Assembly: GCA_964473825.1 (NCBI GenBank)
Contig: CAYYQL010000044.1
Coordinates: 1,711-20,335 of the forward strand
Direction: 5' to 3'
DNA from: an uncultured archaeon
Lineage (GTDB): Archaea > Asgardarchaeota > Thorarchaeia > Thorarchaeales > Thorarchaeaceae
DNA length: 18,625 nt
Numbering within the stretch: the stretch's first letter is position 1; each line of letters starts with the position of its first letter. The notes under the pieces were generated by a model. That model searched no databases, was not told the origin of the DNA, and saw nothing but the letters and a program-made list of their open reading frames with translations. The translations under genes and the position numbers were made by a program. Positions 14,842 through 18,625 of this stretch are shown piece by piece.

Positions 14842-17769
14842 ATGACTTCCCAAAGACAGCCAAAACTTCTCAAGGGCAACCCGTGGTGGGCTGTGTCTTA
14901 TGCTCTCACATCGCTGAAGAACTATCCTCTCCGCAACATGGGTATTGCACTTGTTCTCTCCCTTGGAGTTGCTCTGCCAACAACAGTGTTTGTCTGGACC
15001 TCTTCGGGAACCCAGCTGGTCGTAAACGATTACTTCAACGAAAACATATACCAGATGTATCTGAGACCTGGGTCTGCCGAGTCGTACACCTCGTCAAATA
15101 TGGCTGGGGCCATTTCCTGGCTTGAGAACCACAAGTACGTCGAACGCGTTGACCTTCTTCCGTCGACTGTCGGAATCCTTCAAGGCGAGTCAATACCAAG
15201 CTGGTCAGACTACTCAAGATATCGAACAAACTATGCCTACGGTATCAAAGATGGCAGGATTCTGCTTGTCACGGATGAGATGCTCGACACCTGGGCTTCA
15301 GAGTTTACCTTCAGTGGAAATTTCTCGCTCACCACTGGTAAGATTCTGGTTTCCCAGGGCTTTGTCGACTATACAGAAGACTGTCATGGAATGCAGATAG
15401 GTGTGGGAAGCACCATTGACATAGACTTGCTGAGATACGCGGCACGGAATGACAAACCAGGGTCTCCAAGCCCCAGCACACCCGAAGACCTCGGTTCCCT
15501 CGAGCTCACAAGTCTTGAAGTCGTTGGGATATATGAACACAAACCAACACGCACAGTCCTCACGAGAACAATTCTCTCGATTTACAGAAAGAATTGGGAC
15601 CCCATGGCCCTATCTAGCAATGCCGTGATGGGACTTGCTGATTCCGTGATGATTCTACAAGACGAAGTTGGTCCTGATGTTGTATCTGAAGTTACAAATC
15701 GGGGCTTTCATGAGCCCGTCGGATACATCCGTTCTTCCGTTGATGTTCTCTTAGAGGCCGGAGCCGCATCTATTGGAGGGCACCTGGTCTCAGTACAGGA
15801 GTCAGTCCAAGAACAGTTCGTGAAGGTGACAATTGGCGGCCTATCTGAGATCTGGGCTTTAACGGGCACCATCAACACGTATCTTCAGAGCCAGATTCTC
15901 ACCGTAATAGTATTCCCTGTACTGATTATGAGCCTGATGCTCACTGTGTTCACCTCGGAGACCTCCGTGTCCAGAAGAAAAGGAGAGATCAGTGCACTTC
16001 GGGCAAAGGGTGCCTCTTTCAACCAAGTCTTTGCCACCTTCATGTGGGAGTCACTGTTTCTCTCAATTGCAGGCTTCATCATAGGGCTACTGATGGCTTT
16101 CGCCATGGCTCCTCTTATTGGTTCCACAGTTGGACTGTTCCTGTTCGATAGAGCCCTCTACTTCTCATTCATGCAACACCTATCCATTCCGCCCTTGGCG
16201 ATAGTCATTGGAGCGGCCATTGCACTGTATCTCCCCGCTGCATATCTTCTTCATGTTGCTAGACGTATAGACGTCTCTGAGGTCGGTCAACCCTCTGCCA
16301 CTCTGCCTGACGAAGAGACTGCTGGTTCGACTAGTGGCTGGAGATACGGTCTGGGGTTAGCTGCTGTGCTCTCTGGACTCCTCGTGATGCCTATGATATT
16401 CTCCCCTCGCGGTATCATAGCTATTGGGCAGATTATTCTCGCGACCCTGATTCTCTTCGTTGCTGCCTATCTTGGTTCTAGAGGGATGCGTCTTGTGACT
16501 GCTCGCCTGTCAGTGGGAACAAGTTTTCTCTTCGGCGAGAAGAGCCTGTATCTGAGTCAGAGCCTGAGGAAGAGACGATCTCAGTTCATTCCTATGCTGA
16601 TTATCCTCACCCTGACACTGACAACAACATCGATGATGCTGATTCAGTCCACCAGTTTCAAAGCAACTGTTGACAACGAACTTGCATATGCTATCGGGGC
16701 CGATGTACGAGTCGAAGGTGACGCACTACCTCTCAACTACACGCAGAATATCCTTCGTGTACCGGGAATCTACAGGACCACGCCCGTGCTTGAGACTTGG
16801 GCTACTGTGGGGAGCAATGCGTTCTTCTTGGAGGGTATAGACCCTCAGCAATACTACACCATCGGTGGATTCGTATCCGAGAGTTTCGTGAGTGGCTCAC
16901 CTTCTGAAGTCCTAGCTACGCTGGGAAATACCTCAGATGGGATTATTATCAGTCAGAGATACTCCGAGCTCTGGAACAGGAAGGTGGGGGAGACTGTCAG
17001 GGTCCTCCTCGGAACCAACGACGGGAGTATCAACGTAGATTTCCAGATAGTCGGAATTGCAAAGAGTGCCCCGGGTTTCGGGTTTGCGTCCACTGAGGAC
17101 CAGGTCGGTATGACGTTTGCTGGTCAGACCGGCTTCCAAGTGCTTCGCGGCGGGTTTGCGCTGGTCAACATCGACTATCTCCAAAACGTCACTCAAATAG
17201 ACACTGCGAAGCTATTCTTGGCCGATGTTGTCAGTTTCGCCAATATGACAGAAGTGGTCAACGAGATCAGCTCTGTCTATGGAGTCACGGCCTACTCATC
17301 TGAGACCTATGACCTGGCCGAAGAGTCATATTCAATCAGGCTCTTCCTCTCAGGAATCGAGGGTCTTACCATGATTGCCTTCATCCTCTGTGCCATCATG
17401 GGTCTCTCTACAATTGCCCTCTTTCTGGGTTCTGCAGTTCTGGAGCGAAAGCAGGAATATGCCATCTTTCGGGCACTGGGCGGGACCCGAAGGCAGGTAG
17501 TTTCCATGGTGTTCGGTGAGTTTGCCGGGACCGTGATTGCATCCATCACAGTCAGTATACTGCTTGGGCTTGTCTTTGGCTACTCGATGAGCGTGCTCAC
17601 ACTGGGCATATCACCATTCTCGCCGCTCCTGGGTGAGGTTTTGGCACTTCCAGTGACATTGATGGCCCTGATTATCTCACTGGAGAGTCTGGTGATGCTT
17701 GGTGCTTGCTACTTCCCGGCTCGAAGGGCTGGTTCCGTGGACCCTGCGTATGTCCTGCGAAATCTATGA
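14842..17769 (+). CDS. Second paralogous FtsX/MacB-family ABC permease, internally duplicated
   Basis: RRKGEISALRAKGASFNQV and ERKQEYAIFRALGGTRRQV; starts GNPWWAVSYAL (cf. GNPLYAFSYAL); ends PARRAGSVDPAYVLRNL. Confidence 0.92.
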   Translation: MTSQRQPKLLKGNPWWAVSYALTSLKNYPLRNMGIALVLSLGVALPTTVFVWTSSGTQLVVNDYFNENIYQMYLRPGSAESYTSSNMAGAISWLENHKYVERVDLLPSTVGILQGESIPSWSDYSRYRTNYAYGIKDGRILLVTDEMLDTWASEFTFSGNFSLTTGKILVSQGFVDYTEDCHGMQIGVGSTIDIDLLRYAARNDKPGSPSPSTPEDLGSLELTSLEVVGIYEHKPTRTVLTRTILSIYRKNWDPMALSSNAVMGLADSVMILQDEVGPDVVSEVTNRGFHEPVGYIRSSVDVLLEAGAASIGGHLVSVQESVQEQFVKVTIGGLSEIWALTGTINTYLQSQILTVIVFPVLIMSLMLTVFTSETSVSRRKGEISALRAKGASFNQVFATFMWESLFLSIAGFIIGLLMAFAMAPLIGSTVGLFLFDRALYFSFMQHLSIPPLAIVIGAAIALYLPAAYLLHVARRIDVSEVGQPSATLPDEETAGSTSGWRYGLGLAAVLSGLLVMPMIFSPRGIIAIGQIILATLILFVAAYLGSRGMRLVTARLSVGTSFLFGEKSLYLSQSLRKRRSQFIPMLIILTLTLTTTSMMLIQSTSFKATVDNELAYAIGADVRVEGDALPLNYTQNILRVPGIYRTTPVLETWATVGSNAFFLEGIDPQQYYTIGGFVSESFVSGSPSEVLATLGNTSDGIIISQRYSELWNRKVGETVRVLLGTNDGSINVDFQIVGIAKSAPGFGFASTEDQVGMTFAGQTGFQVLRGGFALVNIDYLQNVTQIDTAKLFLADVVSFANMTEVVNEISSVYGVTAYSSETYDLAEESYSIRLFLSGIEGLTMIAFILCAIMGLSTIALFLGSAVLERKQEYAIFRALGGTRRQVVSMVFGEFAGTVIASITVSILLGLVFGYSMSVLTLGISPFSPLLGEVLALPVTLMALIISLESLVMLGACYFPARRAGSVDPAYVLRNL

Positions 17770-17780
17770 GGTCAGAGTGA

Positions 17781-18575
17781 ATGAAAGCAGTCTTGTGTAC
17801 AGCCCACGCTCCCGAGAAGAAGATCTCTCACACACACACACTCTCGAAGAAACAGGCTGCAATACTTGTCAGTGTTCTTGTGATAGTGGCGGGAGTGGGC
17901 GTGTACTTGGTGTACGAGGCCACCCGCACCGAGTTCCGTTTCGAGGAGTGGAACCCCGAGCCCAACCGCCGCATCCTGATGTACATCCGTGACCTGACGG
18001 ACGCCAACCTCACCATCTCCTTCGAGAATGACACATTGCTGATGTGCAGGGTGGACGTTGAGCTCTACGATGCTCAGTCAGGCTCGGTGGTTCTGGTGCG
18101 TGAGGTGGGGAATCAGGTGAACCTTGAGGCCACGGGTCGCCAGCGGCGTGTTGACGTGGTGCTGGGCACAGCTGCAAAGTACGACCTCTACATCCAGCGG
18201 GGGCAGAACCTGAACACCACGGTGCGATTCGGGAATGGCGCGGTGCTGAACAAGACACGGTTTGAGGCATACCAGACCGGCATCCTCAGGATTGCTGTGG
18301 ACGAGCATGACGGTTTCGGAGCATACGACAACTTGGTGGCGAACATTGGCCATCCCTACGGCATCAGTGGTTCTCTCCTGCTTCTCTTGGACATCGACCT
18401 GCCCGAGGGGTACGACGGCCGTCTGTTCACTAACGGAGCGCCCATCTCCTTCATCGAGCGCGTGGGCTGGGGCTTTCTCAGAGATGGCGAATACGGGACG
18501 CCTGGGGACTGGGAGGAGCCCATCGTCTGGGTAGACTCCGTGTGTGATGCCATCATCGCCCGGCTCATCGACTGA
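17781..18575 (+). CDS. Hypothetical N-terminally anchored extracellular beta-rich protein
   Basis: KKQ followed by hydrophobic AAILVSVLVIVAGVGVYLV, then alternating beta-strand pattern with N-x-T sequons (NLT, NDT, NTT, NKT). GAGGT SD overlaps the permease stop; strong G/C third-position bias. Confidence 0.8.
   Translation: MKAVLCTAHAPEKKISHTHTLSKKQAAILVSVLVIVAGVGVYLVYEATRTEFRFEEWNPEPNRRILMYIRDLTDANLTISFENDTLLMCRVDVELYDAQSGSVVLVREVGNQVNLEATGRQRRVDVVLGTAAKYDLYIQRGQNLNTTVRFGNGAVLNKTRFEAYQTGILRIAVDEHDGFGAYDNLVANIGHPYGISGSLLLLLDIDLPEGYDGRLFTNGAPISFIERVGWGFLRDGEYGTPGDWEEPIVWVDSVCDAIIARLID
17829..17841 (+). repeat. (CA)6C dinucleotide microsatellite flanked by TC repeats
   Basis: TCTCT-CACACACACACAC-TCTC within the 5' part of ORF 17781-18575. 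Confidence 0.85.
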
Positions 18576-18625
18576 CCACCTATGCGACCCTCATTGACCA
18601 CATACGAGAGTCGTACAGGTAACCG

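Noticed and set aside
456-18601. Remaining short ORFs nested in or antisense to the long genes
   Set aside because: They overlap well-supported CDSs and show no recognisable motifs.

Overview
Archaeal chromosomal window of about 50% GC. The stand-alone PriL, OGG1-type glycosylase, C/D sRNA and gene style suggest an Asgard, Thorarchaeota-like genome (inference). Left half: TPR protein, DUF763 protein, two small coupled ORFs, a CxxT thioredoxin-fold protein coupled to a SAM methyltransferase, DNA primase large subunit priL, and an OGG1-type 8-oxoguanine glycosylase. One well-formed C/D-box guide sRNA lies at 6703-6769 and a weaker candidate at 334-392; neither appears in the ORF track. Right half: a divergent cell-surface module. 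Two paralogous single-pass membrane proteins (M28-peptidase fold lacking the Zn ligands, a beta-rich domain, nine Ca-binding DxDxDG repeats, C-terminal TM) are transcribed away from an operon. The operon encodes one LolD/MacB-type ABC ATPase, two paralogous internally duplicated FtsX/MacB-type permeases and a GC-richer membrane-anchored protein. No tRNA, rRNA, CRISPR array or transposase was recognised.
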